Made by a program: the position numbers and the translations under genes | Notes under the pieces: generated by a model | What the model was told of the DNA's origin: nothing | Databases searched by the model: none | Seen by the model: only the letters and a program-made list of their open reading frames with translations | Source of the DNA: a virus | IMG/VR virus record: IMGVR_UViG_3300046519_000214 | Location: 16,554-80,553 of that record | Length of the DNA stretch: 64,000 bases | Strand: one strand, 5' to 3' | Shown: in pieces, positions 9,017 through 18,660 of the stretch | How positions within the stretch are numbered: the first letter of the stretch is position 1 | Layout of the letters: each line of letters begins with the position of its first letter

Positions 9017-10516
9017 ATGGCCTCTTTGGGCAAAGCCGTTCTGTCGATCATTGCTCCTAAGAAGGCGGTCAAGAAGGGTGGCTTCGCAGCCACGGGCACC
9101 TTTAGCCCGTCGACGAGCCAGAACGTCCTCACAGCTCCGACCTACCAGGACCACCTCAACGACATCTTCTCCACCAGGACGGCCGACGACGCCCGCACGC
9201 TGATCGTCAGCCTTATGGAGCAGGATCCGGATGTATCGGCTGCGCTGCACGCTTATCTCACCATGGCGAACACGCAGCCGGTCATCCTCGTCAAGGATAT
9301 GAACGATCAGATCGACGCCGCAGCAACGGCCGAGCTGATGCAGAAGATCAAGTTCATGACGCGGCCGACCGACTACACCAAGGGCTTCCAGATGAAGATG
9401 ACCCTGGAGCAGTGGTGCGAAGAGATCCGCTACATGGTCCTCATGCGGGGTGGCGCGGCGATCGAGCTCATCTACGACGAGAAGATGATCCCCTCGGATC
9501 TCCGGAACGTCGACCTGGCGTCCGTCGAGTGGTTCGAAAAGAAGCCTGGGGAATACAAGCCGCGCCAGAAGGTTTCTGGCGTGCAGGACGGCATCAATCT
9601 GGACATCGCGACGTTCTTCGTCGCCTACTACCGCCAGAACCCGACCAAGATCTATTCGAACTCACCGTTCGTCTCTACGATCAACACGATCGCCGCTCGC
9701 CAGCAGGTGATCAACGATCTCTACCGCATCATGCAGTACACCGGCTATCCGCGCCTCGAGGTGACGGTCGTCGAAGAAGTGCTGCGCAAGAACATGCCGG
9801 TCAACATCCAGGCGGACGAGACCAAGAAGACAGAATGGATCAACGCCCGACTGGCTGAGATCCGCAACTCTGTTCAGGATATCAGGGCTGACACCGCCTT
9901 CGTCCACATGGACTCGGTGACGCCAGGTATCATGAACGAAAAGTCCCCAGGCGCCGGGATCGACATCAGCAAGGTGATCGAGACTCTTAACGCACAGAAT
10001 CAAGCGGGTCTGAAGACCATGGCTACTGTGATCGGTCGCGGTGCCTCGGGGGTCAACACCGGCTCCGTGGAAGCGCGTATCGCTGCCATGAACGCCGACG
10101 AGCTCAATGCGCCTGTGTCAGCCATCCTGAGCAACGTGTTCTCCTTCATGTTGCATCAGGGTGGCTACCAGGGGTTTGCCGAAGTCTCCTTCGTTAAAGG
10201 TGAGCTTCGTCCGGAGCTCGAGCTCGAGCCTCAGCTCACGATGCGTCAGGCCCGTCTGCAGACCGATCTCTCACTCGGCCTGATCAGCGACCTCGAGTAC
10301 CATTTGCAGATGTACCACCGGCTCCCGCCGGAAGGTGCTCCGGAGCTGAGTGGCACTGGCTTCATGCAAGCCGTCGCGGGTGGCGCTGAGAGCCGCGCTG
10401 ATGAGGTCACCCCGAACTCGGACCCGCTCGGCCGCTCACTCGCGCCGGAAGGCTCCAAGATGGCGAAATCCAAGCAGGTGAAGAAGCCTGCCGCTAAGAA
10501 GAAGGAGGCCGCATGA
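9017..10516 (+). CDS. Portal protein
   Basis: 499 aa directly after terL; synteny and size. Confidence 0.8.
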   Translation: MASLGKAVLSIIAPKKAVKKGGFAATGTFSPSTSQNVLTAPTYQDHLNDIFSTRTADDARTLIVSLMEQDPDVSAALHAYLTMANTQPVILVKDMNDQIDAAATAELMQKIKFMTRPTDYTKGFQMKMTLEQWCEEIRYMVLMRGGAAIELIYDEKMIPSDLRNVDLASVEWFEKKPGEYKPRQKVSGVQDGINLDIATFFVAYYRQNPTKIYSNSPFVSTINTIAARQQVINDLYRIMQYTGYPRLEVTVVEEVLRKNMPVNIQADETKKTEWINARLAEIRNSVQDIRADTAFVHMDSVTPGIMNEKSPGAGIDISKVIETLNAQNQAGLKTMATVIGRGASGVNTGSVEARIAAMNADELNAPVSAILSNVFSFMLHQGGYQGFAEVSFVKGELRPELELEPQLTMRQARLQTDLSLGLISDLEYHLQMYHRLPPEGAPELSGTGFMQAVAGGAESRADEVTPNSDPLGRSLAPEGSKMAKSKQVKKPAAKKKEAA

Positions 10517-10845
10517 AGCCCCCGTATCGCGACATCAACCTCTGGCGCGGCAACTCCGAAACGCTGACCTTCCGGCTACGTGATGCATCCGGCGTTGCCT
10601 ATGATCTGACGGGCGACGTCCTGAAGATGTTTATTGAGAGCGACGAGGTCGTCACGGAGATAGTTGCCACGGTGACCGACGCCCTCGTTGGCGAGTTCCA
10701 GGTCCACATCACCAGCGCCATCACCAAGACCATCACCGCCAAGACCCACCAGGCGAACTACGAGATCGTTCGTTTCTTCGAGGCCGAGGAGAAGACGGTC
10801 CTCCACGGCAACCTCCTGATGGCGGGAAGCATCAACCATGGCTGA
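10513..10845 (+). CDS. BppU-like beta-sandwich virion attachment protein
   Basis: RGNSETLTFRLRDASG..YDLTG pattern; precedes fibre genes. Confidence 0.55.
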   Translation: MKPPYRDINLWRGNSETLTFRLRDASGVAYDLTGDVLKMFIESDEVVTEIVATVTDALVGEFQVHITSAITKTITAKTHQANYEIVRFFEAEEKTVLHGNLLMAGSINHG

Positions 10846-11161
10846 AGTCATCCTGGTCGAGATCTCGAATGGGCCAAGCCTGATCGAGGTTGTCGAACCA
10901 GCGAAGCCTGAAGTCGTCGAGATCGTCCAGAAGGGTGACCGGGGTACCCAAGGTATCCAAGGCATTCAGGGGATCCAAGGCATCCAAGGCCTGAAGGGTG
11001 ACAAGGGTGACAAGGGTGACCAGGGCATCCAAGGCATCCAGGGTCTGAAGGGTGACAAAGGGGATCAAGGCATCCAGGGCATCCAGGGAATCCAAGGCAT
11101 CCAGGGTGAACTTGGGCAGCTCCCGGATCTCGTTGCATTGTTTGAGAATGGATTGATTTGA
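10838..11161 (+). CDS. Collagen-like (Gly-X-Y) fibre protein
   Basis: GIQGIQG/GDKGDKG repeats over ~60 aa. Confidence 0.85.
   Translation: MAEVILVEISNGPSLIEVVEPAKPEVVEIVQKGDRGTQGIQGIQGIQGIQGLKGDKGDKGDQGIQGIQGLKGDKGDQGIQGIQGIQGIQGELGQLPDLVALFENGLI
10935..11110 (+). repeat. Degenerate 9-nt tandem repeats encoding the collagen tract
   Basis: ggcatccaa/ggtgacaag units. Confidence 0.85.
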
Positions 11162-13170
11162 TGTTTGCAGCCGATACGATCGTCGCCCTCACAAGCCGCC
11201 TCTCTGCTGAGTTCAAGAGTGTCCGCACCGCGATCGAGAATGCGGCTTCCTACGTCCGGAAAGCGAACAACGGTTCTGACTTCGCAGATCCTGCCGCAGT
11301 GCGTACCAATATCGGAGCTCAGGCTGCTCTAACCCTTGTTACTCCCGCGCTAGCTCAGGCTGGAACAGACACGACACTGACTGGTTGGAGCTCTCTCCGC
11401 GTTAGGCAGAACGTCTCGGCCTATGCGGCTCCAACGGTCCACGTCCACACGACAGCGGATATCACTGGCCTGGATGCTTACCTTGCGGCCCTCGCCCCTC
11501 TTGTCGATGCACACTTGCAAGGGACACCGACCGCGCCGACTGCAGCATTGGGCACGAACACCACTCAGATCGCCACGATGGCTGCTGTCAAAGCCGCGGT
11601 CGACAACCTTAAGGTTGGTGCTCCCGCTCTCTACGACACCCTGGCAGAGATCGGCACGTGGCTCGATTCTAACGATACAGAGCTCGCCAACGCGATCTCG
11701 TTCAAGCTGGACGCATCGGCATATACCGCGGCCGACGTTCGCGCCAAGCTACTGACAGTCGATGGTGATAGCAGTGGGCTAGATGCCGATCTCCTGGATG
11801 GCCAACACGGAGCCTACTTCCTCAACCTGGTGAACGCGACAGGTAAGCTGCCCGCCGCCAACTTCGACGACACCGGTCACGGAGCGCGAGGCGGTGGCAC
11901 CCTTCACGCCACCGCCACCCCAACGGTTCAAGGCTTCATGCTGGATGCCCCGAACGATGGGCTTGGCTATATGCGTAAGAACGGCGTGTGGTCGCCTAGC
12001 ACTGGTGGGGCGCACACTGACGACGCTCCACCGGCCGCGCCGCTCCAGGATGGACAGCTGTGGTGGAAGTCGAGCACGGGCGTCCTGTATGTCTGGTATG
12101 ACGATGGCAACACCCAGCAGTGGGTTGCGACGTCTGGCAACGCGCAGATCGTCGACCAGAACTACGTCCGCAAGACGGCCGAACGGCGCAATCGCGTTGT
12201 CAACCCGGCGATGCAGATCAGCCAGGAGAACGGTAATACACAGGTCCTGACGGCGAACAGCTATCCGGTCGACCAGTTCTTTCTGGCGTGGTCAGGTGCA
12301 ATGGTACTCGGTGGCCAGCGGGTGCAGACCAAGACGCCAAACGGAAGCCGCGACCGACTGCAAATCTCGGTTGGCACCATCGACGCTTCGATGACGACAA
12401 CCGACTATACGGCGCTGTTTACCCGTATTGAAGGCATTGACGTGGCCGACTTCCTTTGGGGCACCACCAATGCCAAACAGACGATATTGCGTTTCGGCTT
12501 CAAAGGACCGGCAGGCACCTATTCCGTGAGCGTTCAAAATGGGGCCGGGGATCGCTCTTATCTGGCACAATTCACTATTTCGGCGGCACAAGCGGGCACT
12601 GACACGGAACAGATTTTGATTGTCCCTGGCGACATCACCGGCACCTGGTCGGTCGATAATACTAAAGGGGTGCAAATTGTTTGGTGTCTTGCTTGCGGCC
12701 CGACTTACACCGGCGCACTTGGCTGGCAGGCCGGAAACTTTATTGCTGGACCGGGGCAGTTCAATGGTGTGGCGGCAGGCAACACCTTTGATGTCTTTGA
12801 TGTCGGGCTCTACCTCGACCCTGATAAGACTGGTATCCCGCCGAAGTGGGAACTACCAGATGAGGCCGCACAACTGGCAAAGTGCCTACGCTACTACTTC
12901 ATGCTGGCCGCCGAGGGCGTGGTAAACTCCATACAAGTCCGTGGTTACGCAGCGGCTGGCACTGGCGTCAGCAACACCATCCCATTACCGCAGCCGATGC
13001 GCGTAGCACCAACCATGTCACAGAGTGGCAACACCCTCGTAAATGCAGCGTCCGTATCAATGAATTGCTCAACGCGTCAATTCATTATCGCGCTCCCGTC
13101 AACGGCAACCGGTGACACCTATCTAACTGCCACAACCACCGGCAAAGTCATAGCAAACGCGAGGATGTAA
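11158..13170 (+). CDS. Virion fibre protein 1
   Basis: Fibre motifs GTPTAPTA...TQIAT, DTLAEI, GLDADLLDGQHG; start may be 11161. Confidence 0.8.
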   Translation: MMFAADTIVALTSRLSAEFKSVRTAIENAASYVRKANNGSDFADPAAVRTNIGAQAALTLVTPALAQAGTDTTLTGWSSLRVRQNVSAYAAPTVHVHTTADITGLDAYLAALAPLVDAHLQGTPTAPTAALGTNTTQIATMAAVKAAVDNLKVGAPALYDTLAEIGTWLDSNDTELANAISFKLDASAYTAADVRAKLLTVDGDSSGLDADLLDGQHGAYFLNLVNATGKLPAANFDDTGHGARGGGTLHATATPTVQGFMLDAPNDGLGYMRKNGVWSPSTGGAHTDDAPPAAPLQDGQLWWKSSTGVLYVWYDDGNTQQWVATSGNAQIVDQNYVRKTAERRNRVVNPAMQISQENGNTQVLTANSYPVDQFFLAWSGAMVLGGQRVQTKTPNGSRDRLQISVGTIDASMTTTDYTALFTRIEGIDVADFLWGTTNAKQTILRFGFKGPAGTYSVSVQNGAGDRSYLAQFTISAAQAGTDTEQILIVPGDITGTWSVDNTKGVQIVWCLACGPTYTGALGWQAGNFIAGPGQFNGVAAGNTFDVFDVGLYLDPDKTGIPPKWELPDEAAQLAKCLRYYFMLAAEGVVNSIQVRGYAAAGTGVSNTIPLPQPMRVAPTMSQSGNTLVNAASVSMNCSTRQFIIALPSTATGDTYLTATTTGKVIANARM

Positions 13171-13946
13171 TGGCAATCGACTTTCCTTCCTCACCCATCG
13201 TAGGCCAGCAGTTCACCGGGGGCTCAACCAACTACCAGTGGGATGGCACCGCGTGGAACATCGTGCCGCAGATAGGGCCGATGTACATCGGAGACACACC
13301 ACCCTCCAATCCAGCCATCGGGCAGCAATGGTGGCGGTCGAGCAACGGGCAGCAGTACCTCTGGTATGATGACGGCAACACCAAACAGTGGGTACAGTCG
13401 GCCGGTGCAGCAGCGGCGGCGGCATTGGGATCGTGGGAAACGCTGTTCACCAAAACCTACACTGGCGGGTTGATCGGTGACATCGTCAGGGACTTGGCGC
13501 CTTATCGGGAAATCAAATTTACAATCGATGGCCGTGCGGTCGGCGTTGACACGGTGGTCTTGGCCAATCCAAGCACCGACAACGGCAGCACCTTCATAAC
13601 GACGGCCGGGGCATTTCCGCTCGACCAGCTTTACAGCATCAGCGGTGGCGCACCATCCTACAACACCAGCGCCCAAAGCGGGCTGGTTGTGGCCAATCCA
13701 GTCCCGGCTAACACTGGGGTAAACAGCGGCTTTGGCGGTGATATGACGCTTTATGGCTTCAACACGACACTACCTCTTAAAATGGGGCAGGGCCGGTCAG
13801 CTTACATCGACAACTCGTCCAATAGGGTGAACAACTCTTGGGCGACCTTTGTCAGCAATAGCAACGCTTGGAACGCCCTGAAATTGAGCCAAAGCGGGGG
13901 AACTGGTTTCATAGGCTTCATCGCAGTACAGGGGATGCGCGGATGA
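13170..13946 (+). CDS. Virion fibre/accessory protein 2
   Basis: N-terminal IDFP...WDG.AW module plus WYDDGN module shared with neighbours. Confidence 0.75.
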   Translation: MAIDFPSSPIVGQQFTGGSTNYQWDGTAWNIVPQIGPMYIGDTPPSNPAIGQQWWRSSNGQQYLWYDDGNTKQWVQSAGAAAAAALGSWETLFTKTYTGGLIGDIVRDLAPYREIKFTIDGRAVGVDTVVLANPSTDNGSTFITTAGAFPLDQLYSISGGAPSYNTSAQSGLVVANPVPANTGVNSGFGGDMTLYGFNTTLPLKMGQGRSAYIDNSSNRVNNSWATFVSNSNAWNALKLSQSGGTGFIGFIAVQGMRG

Positions 13947-15025
13947 TCGACTTTCCAACTAACCCCACGGTCGGGCAGGTTTTCAACTCTGGCGTCGGGC
14001 CGATCTACACATGGGATGGTATCGCGTGGAGCCTACCACCGGTCAATGTAAAGACGGCCGACCGGCGTAATCGCGTCGTCAACCCTGTTATGCAGGTGAG
14101 CCAAGAGAACGGCTCCAGCGTCGTCTCAACGGTTGGTGCCTATCCGGTCGACCAGTGGATGATTACTTCTAGCGGCTTAACGATGCAGGCGGCACAGGCA
14201 GCGATAGTATCACCCGCCCGTGCCAAGAACACACTGGTGCAATCTTACGGGGTCGCCAAGGCATCACTGGCGGCTACCGATTATGGGCAGATTTACCAAC
14301 CCCTTGAAGGCCAGCGAGTGCAGGATTTTGCGTGGGGAACGCCGGCAAAGGCCATACCCGCGGTGCTGCGCTTTTCAGCCTATGCCGATATCGCTGGCAC
14401 CTATACAGCTTCCGTGACTGATCCAGCAGGCAATGTTTCGTTCCTGTACCCTTTCACTCTTGATGCCGTGGGTGTTTGGAAGACCTTCAATATTCCGATC
14501 CCCGCGCCGATATCAGGCGGCACATGGGCAACCGATGGCTCGGCTGGCATGCTGTTGCATTTCTGCACTGCCTGCGGCACCACTTATCAAGGCGTGCAGG
14601 GGTGGCAGACCGGCAACAAGGTGGGCCTGGCCAGCCAAGCGAACCTTGCGTCGGTGATTAATAAGAACCTCGCCATTGCCGATGTCGGGCTCTATGCCGA
14701 CCCCGACAATACAGGCATCGCGCCACCCTTCGAGGTGACGGAATACGGCAACGATCTGCGCGATTGCAAACGGTATTTCTTCAACATCAATTCTTGTTTG
14801 ATCTTCACGTCCTACGCGAGTGCAGGCGGACTGGTAATCACCACACACCAATTTGAGCCGATGCGAACGACACCAACTGCTGGCTACACTAGCGTCTCAT
14901 ATGCAAACGCCACCGCCCTAGCAACCAATGCCGTCACAGACCGCTTGATCCGGCCGCAGGTCACCGCGACGGCGGCTGGCCAAGCCTATGGCGGCTGCAA
15001 TATTCTTTTGAACGCGAGGATGTAA
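13943..15025 (+). CDS. Virion fibre protein 3 (paralog of fibre 1 C-terminal half)
   Basis: ATG at 13943; RRNRVVNP.MQ.SQENG...NARM shared with fibre 1. Confidence 0.75.
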   Translation: MIDFPTNPTVGQVFNSGVGPIYTWDGIAWSLPPVNVKTADRRNRVVNPVMQVSQENGSSVVSTVGAYPVDQWMITSSGLTMQAAQAAIVSPARAKNTLVQSYGVAKASLAATDYGQIYQPLEGQRVQDFAWGTPAKAIPAVLRFSAYADIAGTYTASVTDPAGNVSFLYPFTLDAVGVWKTFNIPIPAPISGGTWATDGSAGMLLHFCTACGTTYQGVQGWQTGNKVGLASQANLASVINKNLAIADVGLYADPDNTGIAPPFEVTEYGNDLRDCKRYFFNINSCLIFTSYASAGGLVITTHQFEPMRTTPTAGYTSVSYANATALATNAVTDRLIRPQVTATAAGQAYGGCNILLNARM

Positions 15026-15027
15026 CC

Positions 15028-15438
15028 ATGTCACTCACCAAATTCGTTTCCGCTAAATGGCAGATGCCAATACCTGGCCAAGAGCCCACTATCAAAGCCG
15101 TTGGTGACGACGGGCTCGAATACTTCCTCCCCTCGGTGAATAGCGACGTGCCACCGTGGCCGCAGTTTATCGCTGAAGGTGGAGTGATCGACCCGCTGGT
15201 CGAACCAGAACCGATCACCACCTATGTGCTGTCGAAGTTGCTGGTTTGGACGCGCCTGTCTGACGAGGAGGCCGAAACAGCCAGCGCGGCCATGTCGACG
15301 CAATCAGCCAAACTACAGGGCATCTGGAACTCGGCCACTGAAGTCCAAAGTGACAGCGAGTTTTTTGGAAACCTGCAAACTTTCCTGACCGCTGTGCTTG
15401 GCGAGGAAAGAGCAACGCAAGTCCTGGCACCGGCCTAA
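15028..15438 (+). CDS. Putative fibre assembly chaperone
   Basis: 136 aa acidic protein after fibres. Confidence 0.5.
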   Translation: MSLTKFVSAKWQMPIPGQEPTIKAVGDDGLEYFLPSVNSDVPPWPQFIAEGGVIDPLVEPEPITTYVLSKLLVWTRLSDEEAETASAAMSTQSAKLQGIWNSATEVQSDSEFFGNLQTFLTAVLGEERATQVLAPA

Positions 15439-15541
15439 CGCAGCGTAATGAATCACAATTAATCATTGTGCTTCAATGCTTTAATTGAACTTCCTAAACT
15501 AAATTTCCATCTGTCAGTGAACCCCACGGGACCACTGACAG

Positions 15542-16651
15542 ATGAAGCAAATCGCAAAAACACAGGCCATCAAGGATCTACTCACCGCTTCGGCGGGTGA
15601 CGTCGATGTTGATGGTCTGCGCGTCTACGAAGCGATTGCTTTCAACACCCTGCCGATCCGTAAGGAACACCCGCTCTACAAGGGTGCTCGCGCCGATCGC
15701 GCCTTCCTCCTCGAGATGGCCGGTGAGCTAAAGCGTGAATCTCGCCCCGTGCAGATCATGCACAACACCTCGCCGCTCCCAATTGGCCGCGTCTTCCATG
15801 GTGAAGTCGTAGACACGGGCGTCGAGTCCGAACTCCGCGTGCTCTTCTTCCTCGATCCGACCGCCAATGACCAGGCGACCAAGATCGAGGCTGGCAGCGT
15901 TGACCAGGTGTCTGTCTCTGTTCTCGCAAAGCAGATGCTTAATTCCAAGTCGGGTTTTGATTACTTCGGCCCCGACTCCTCGTCCGACAACATCTGGTCC
16001 GGAACGGACAACGACGGAAACCAGGTCGGCAAAAACGGCGTCTACGCCCGCATGGTCGGTCTCGACAAGTTTTTCGAGCTGTCCCTCGTCGGCCAGGGCG
16101 GCGCCCAAAATGCACGGATCGTTTCACGCGACCGGTCGCACTTCGGCCAGTCCCTCGAGCAGCTCGCTGCCTCTGGGATGGATCCGAACTCCCTCGTCCT
16201 GCTCGCAACCGCCTCCAAGGAAGATTCTATGGACCTCGCAACTCTCGTCGCCAACCTGACGACCACGACTGCTGACCTCACGAACGCCAAGCGCGACCTT
16301 ACGGACGCAACCGGCAAGGTCACCACGCTCGAAGCCACCATCACCGAACGTGACGCAACGATCGCTGATCTGAACACCCAGCTGACCGCTGCCAATGCTG
16401 TCGACGTCAACGCTGTCACCGCTGACCGCGATGCTGCCGTTGCTGCCCTCTCGGAAGTCGCCAAGAGCGTCCTGACGAAGGTTGGCAAGCTCAACGTCGA
16501 ACTGCCGAAGACGGTCACCGAGCTGTCCGCCCTGATCAACGAGCACTCCGCTGTTCTCGTGATCCAGGCAGGTGGCAAGGCCAGCGACAAGCCGACCGAC
16601 CTGGCGAACCAGCCGTCCCGCAACGCCGCTGCTTTCCGCTCGGCCCGCTAA
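15542..16651 (+). CDS. Prohead protease/scaffold fusion
   Basis: IMH...PIGR and VSVS protease-like motifs, ELSLV.QG, coiled-coil C-terminal half; upstream of capsid genes. Confidence 0.75.
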   Translation: MKQIAKTQAIKDLLTASAGDVDVDGLRVYEAIAFNTLPIRKEHPLYKGARADRAFLLEMAGELKRESRPVQIMHNTSPLPIGRVFHGEVVDTGVESELRVLFFLDPTANDQATKIEAGSVDQVSVSVLAKQMLNSKSGFDYFGPDSSSDNIWSGTDNDGNQVGKNGVYARMVGLDKFFELSLVGQGGAQNARIVSRDRSHFGQSLEQLAASGMDPNSLVLLATASKEDSMDLATLVANLTTTTADLTNAKRDLTDATGKVTTLEATITERDATIADLNTQLTAANAVDVNAVTADRDAAVAALSEVAKSVLTKVGKLNVELPKTVTELSALINEHSAVLVIQAGGKASDKPTDLANQPSRNAAAFRSAR

Positions 16652-16676
16652 TCACCCACCACGGAGATAAACTACC

Positions 16677-17075
16677 ATGGCATCCTTCCACACCAAAGTC
16701 AGTCTTCGTGGTTTCCACTTCGAAGACTTCATCCTGACCTTCACGCTCGCAGCAGGCATCGTCGCTGCTGACGTAGGCAAGGCAGTGTCGCTCGACACGT
16801 CCGCGCCGAACAAGGTCAAGCTCGCCGCTGATGGCGACGTGATCGTTGGCCGTCTGTCGACTGTCGAAGATCGCAAGGTCGAAGGTCAGCTCGTCGGCGC
16901 CGTCGCTCTGAAGTTCGCAAACCTGCTTCCGATCAAGAACGGCGATGCAGCCGCAGTTGGCGACACGGTCATCGGCGGCGGTAGCGGCACAGTCAAGAAG
17001 GCCGCTGCGAACGACGCCACCAAGAACTTCGTCGCGGAAATCATCGGGACCGACGCCGTCGTCGTCCTGGTCTAA
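16677..17075 (+). CDS. Head decoration/cement protein
   Basis: 132 aa Gly/Ala/Val-rich, between scaffold and MCP. Confidence 0.65.
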   Translation: MASFHTKVSLRGFHFEDFILTFTLAAGIVAADVGKAVSLDTSAPNKVKLAADGDVIVGRLSTVEDRKVEGQLVGAVALKFANLLPIKNGDAAAVGDTVIGGGSGTVKKAAANDATKNFVAEIIGTDAVVVLV

Positions 17076-17114
17076 CGCGCCGCGCCGCCCCAAACTCAAC
17101 GGAGAATTTTTGAA

Positions 17115-18302
17115 ATGACCGAATCCCTTACTCGAGTTCAGCGTCGTGGCGTAGAAACCCTTCGCGTACTCCTGGTGGAAGACGAGGCGGCATCGAAGAG
17201 CGAAGCTGCGAAGCTCATTCGCGAAGCTAAGAACTTCGGCCTCAATCTGCGTGACTTCCTGACACTGGCGATCGACGCCTCGCAGTCCGAGCACTCCGAA
17301 CGTTACCAGGACGCCAACGGCTTCCTGAATGGCTACGAAGCCTCCCTGGCCTTCCTGAACCTCCCGGTTCGTGATGACTTCGCCCAGGGCGTTGTCCTCG
17401 ACGCCGCGTCCGACACCTTCCAGACCTACGCCGGTACCCGTGCGCTGTTCCCGGAAGTTGTCGACGACATGGTCCGCTGGAAGTACCGCCAGAGCCAGCT
17501 CGAGAGCGTTCAGCCGTTGATCTCCCAGTCGCGTTCCATTTCGGGCAACGAAATGATTTCGACGGTGATCGATGACAAGCAGGACGACTACCAGACGACT
17601 CGTGCGGTTGCAGAACTTGGTCGCGTACCGGTTCGCACGATCCGGTCCAGCCAGACCTCGGTCCAGATCTTCAAGCACGGTGGTGGTCTGCGTTATTCGT
17701 ACGAGTTTGGCCGTCGAGCCCGCCTCGATCTGATGACGCCATACTTCGTCCGCATGCTGCGCGAAGCTGAGATGTCCAAGGTTTCGGCCGCGGTATCTCT
17801 GCTCGTGAACGGTGACGGCGTGAATGCCGCTGCTCCAGTCGTCACGCAGTCCAGCCTCGACGCTGGTGCAACCGCTGGCAAGATCAGCCGCCGTGCCCTC
17901 GTCAAGTGGATGATCAACCGCGCCAAGGCTGGCACCCCGATCGACACGGTTGTCGGTAACTGGGACGCCTACCTGGAATGGCTCGAGCTGTTCGTCATGC
18001 CGAACGCTGCCCTCCAGGGCAAGACTGAGGTTGAGATCGCTCAGGCTCAGGGCTTCCAGCTCGGCGGCATCCCGCTTCTGCAGGGCGTTGCCAACTTCGC
18101 GATCGCCAGCGATGCCCCGGTCGGCAAGCTCATTGGTCTCTCCAAGGGTGACACCATGGAAGAGCTGATCGAAGCCGGCTCGGATATCGAGGAGTCCGAA
18201 CGCTCCATCACCAACCAGTCGGTCACGGTCACCAAGACCACAAACGCTGGTTACAAGATGAACTTCGGAGACACCCGCTCGATCTTCGACTTCTCGGCTT
18301 AA
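17115..18302 (+). CDS. Major capsid protein
   Basis: 395 aa, strong codon bias, VAELG..P / KHGG...SYE / NGDG HK97-fold-like motifs, followed by terminator. Confidence 0.85.
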   Translation: MTESLTRVQRRGVETLRVLLVEDEAASKSEAAKLIREAKNFGLNLRDFLTLAIDASQSEHSERYQDANGFLNGYEASLAFLNLPVRDDFAQGVVLDAASDTFQTYAGTRALFPEVVDDMVRWKYRQSQLESVQPLISQSRSISGNEMISTVIDDKQDDYQTTRAVAELGRVPVRTIRSSQTSVQIFKHGGGLRYSYEFGRRARLDLMTPYFVRMLREAEMSKVSAAVSLLVNGDGVNAAAPVVTQSSLDAGATAGKISRRALVKWMINRAKAGTPIDTVVGNWDAYLEWLELFVMPNAALQGKTEVEIAQAQGFQLGGIPLLQGVANFAIASDAPVGKLIGLSKGDTMEELIEAGSDIEESERSITNQSVTVTKTTNAGYKMNFGDTRSIFDFSA

Positions 18303-18323
18303 TCACCGAGAAGCACCCAACCG

Positions 18324-18360
18324 GCCCGTCGTTCAAACCCTGGACGACGGGCTTTCTATT
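18324..18360 (+). terminator. Intrinsic terminator after MCP
   Basis: gcccgtcgttca-aaccc-tggacgacgggc-tttctatt. Confidence 0.7.
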
Positions 18361-18372
18361 AGGAGAACCCCC

Positions 18373-18660
18373 GTGAAAATTCTTGCTGAGACCACTGGTG
18401 ACTTCATGCTGGCGGATATGTCCACTGGGCATGACATCCAGGCTCACCGTCCCTCTGTTGTAGCCCGCTCTGGCTTCATCGACTCCCGTATCGCTCTCGG
18501 CCAGGTGACTAAGGTTGCTGATGTTCCGGACGAAGCCACCGACGAAGAGTTCCTGGCCTTCTGGATCGACTCTGGAGACCGCGATCTCGCGATCGCATCC
18601 TTCCTCTCGAAGTTCGACGAGAACGCACCTGCGGCTCCGAAGGTACGGAAGGTTAAGTAA
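18373..18660 (+). CDS. Hypothetical virion-associated protein
   Basis: aggag RBS, GTG start. Confidence 0.65.
   Translation: MKILAETTGDFMLADMSTGHDIQAHRPSVVARSGFIDSRIALGQVTKVADVPDEATDEEFLAFWIDSGDRDLAIASFLSKFDENAPAAPKVRKVK

Noticed and set aside
11158-15025. Diversity-generating retroelement or shufflon acting on the fibre repeats
   Set aside because: No reverse transcriptase or invertase seen; the repeats are direct, coding, and differ at all bases rather than only adenines
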